A stretch of DNA of 64,000 nt from the NCBI GenBank assembly GCA_002269645.1, contig NIVC01002207.1:1-64000 (forward strand), written 5' to 3'. The notes beneath the pieces are model-generated. The model made no database searches and was not told the DNA's origin. It worked only from the letters and a program-made list of their open reading frames with translations. This DNA is from Macrostomum lignano (lineage: Eukaryota). The position numbers were made by a program, and so were the translations under genes. Below are positions 62,001 to 64,000 of the stretch, piece after piece (position 1 is the stretch's first letter; each line of letters starts with the position of its first letter).

Positions 62001-64000
62001 TGAGCTTCTTCTTGACACCAACATCTCTATTGTTGGCTTGCAAAATAATTAGTGTGTACAGTTGGTGTTGTTTAAAATCAATAGACCTTTGGGAGATACT
62101 AGAAATAATAATCATCTTTCTTGTTAGCGTTATAGGCCTTGATCACTAGTCATGCTTCTTGCTCAATGATAGGCATAAGAATTAATGGCTAATACAGCTC
62201 AATATCATCTGCACTAGGTTTTGACAGCGAGTAATTTGCAACAAAAGTATTTCATATGCATTTGAGCATGGAAATTCCAGGCTGCGCTAACAAATATTTA
62301 TATATAATAGCAGTCCAGCTGTCTCATCATCTTCTTGGGGGGTGTTTTTACAGTTGACAAATTAAAATTATAACTTTTTTTGCTAGGTTTACAACTGACC
62401 CACAATCATTGTTTGTCATCATTTTTTGCCATTGTTGTTTATACTTAGGATTCAGATTTTTTATCATAGTTTTTAGAGTCGCCATTGATGTCAGTGGCTG
62501 CTAAAGAATTAAAGAATTCTCTTCCTTCCTTTCATTAAAAACAGCATAAGACACAAAAATAATTCTAAGCTATGCATATACTCGTAGCTAGCTTAGTCAA
62601 CTCAGGAGTTAAGAAGAAAGGAGAGGTGTCTGTCACCTAGTGAGCTAGCTCTCAATATATTTTCTGATTGATAGATGCATATCAGTGCATAATACACAAT
62701 AACATTGAAAATCTTTATAAAATGAACAATGCAAAGACACTCACCAAAAAGTCAATAAAATTGTCCAAAAGTCATAAAATGAAAACATGAAACTAATAGA
62801 ATGATGTTTTTATACTATCATATAATATTGCAGCAAAGGTCTTAGGAAATCACTGGAGGAAGGAACAACTTAACTAATTCTATTAACTTTAACTATTTTT
62901 GTCTGGATTATGACTTCTTATAAATTATATTGCTCATAAATATGCATTAAATTTGAAGCAGCATTTTGATTACTGCCATTAAATTCCCTGAAAAAAGCAA
63001 GTGTCATTTATAAGAAGCAGTTATGAGTCAGCCACCCATCGAGTGTAGCTATACCTATATAGCTATAGATCATACGAGGGGTGTCCCAAAAGTTCCCAGA
63101 ATGTCTAACATAGCTCTTCAGCAGAGCCATAAAATTTCATGCCCATGGTGTCAAATGAAAGGAAATTTTGTCACAAAGAAAACAAAGTTAAAATTATGTT
63201 GATATCTTTTTTTTATTCAGGAGCTGCAACAAAAAACATGTGCTAAGGTCAGGAGTAGTGTTACACAATCTCAAAAAGCTATGGCAATGATTTTAAACAA
63301 TAAAACACAGAACAGTTCATTAGTCTGCATAGACTATGCTTTAAAACACTTTAAGAGCTTCTCATTCTTTGCCTAAAGTTTAAAGCACATGAAAAGAGCA
63401 TATCTACAAGTCAATATCTAGAAATTAAAAATGGGCATTTTAGCATTTGTTACTTTGTACATTGCAGTAACTACTAGGATCTTAGGAAATGATGCATATA
63501 TTTTGCATTAGTTTGTCTTAGGTACAGTGGTCCAAAAACTTTAGATCTTCCAAAGCCTTCAATGGTTATCACTTAAAAAGCATTTGGACCAGCACATTGA
63601 AAAGCATTAATAATGTCAATGTTTATAGCCTTGATGGCTATTGCAAGATTGTAATTAGCTTTCTTTCTTGTGGATTTGAGAAAATGGCCTTATAATAGCT
63701 TTTTTTGCCCTAATCTAAAGAAATGTTCTCACTTTTTATTGCTCCTCTAGTGTCAAATGTTGAAAATAGGGCAGAAGTTTGAATGTGGCCTAAAATAATA
63801 TTCTAAAAATTGTTATTAACATTGTGTATTAAATGAATAGTCAACTGACAAAAACTATCTACTAGCAAGGTAGTCAGCAATAAAAAACAGCTGTTGTTAG
63901 GTTAAATTGAAGACTTGCACAATTGACTGACATGCCATACCAGGTTTGCTCTGCTTTGATCATCTTTTTGGCAGCTAAAGAGGATACCAACTGCCCTAGT
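59069..64000. repeat. ~2.0-kb tandem macro-repeat, at least 2.5 near-identical units, running off the window
   Basis: Unit start CATAC[A/G]AGGGGT[A/G]TCCCAAAAGTTCC at 59072, 61072 and 63071 (periods 2000 and 1999). Confidence 0.97.

Overview
Animal genomic DNA with GC-rich exons, introns packed with different minisatellites, non-LTR retroelements and an AT-rich, CpG-poor transposon block at the right end. The style resembles a free-living flatworm such as Macrostomum, but that is inference. I could assemble three spliced genes by hand. (1) 2.05-7.8 kb (+): a predicted signal peptide/TM protein with a degenerate, periaxin/AHNAK-like PDZ domain and long acidic repeats. (2) 15.2-10.5 kb (-): a four-exon NHERF/Sip1-type scaffold (PDZ plus ERM-binding tail). 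(3) 26.7-49.8 kb (+): a complete alpha7-type nicotinic acetylcholine receptor subunit whose exon sizes match the CHRNA7 pattern. The main result is in gene 3. Both the loop C/TM1 exon (195 nt, two copies, 39/65 aa identical) and the pore-lining TM2 exon (87 nt, two copies, 18/29 aa identical) are tandemly duplicated, intact and phase-matched. This is a double mutually exclusive exon cassette that could give four ligand-site/pore isoforms, and it is preceded by a GC-AG donor. The same receptor has a Cys-flanked 23-aa extracellular insertion and Tyr-to-Phe at the second loop C aromatic. Mobile DNA includes two diverged I/Ingi-type LINEs that both sit in (TTG)n tracts behind the same CGTATTTTG motif, a decayed RTE-like LINE, a LINE 3' stub, two copies of a tRNA-derived SINE with TSDs, nested MITEs and a 2-kb tandem macro-repeat. 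No rRNA, true tRNA or CRISPR array was seen. Most long ORFs in the supplied track are artefacts of tandem repeats.
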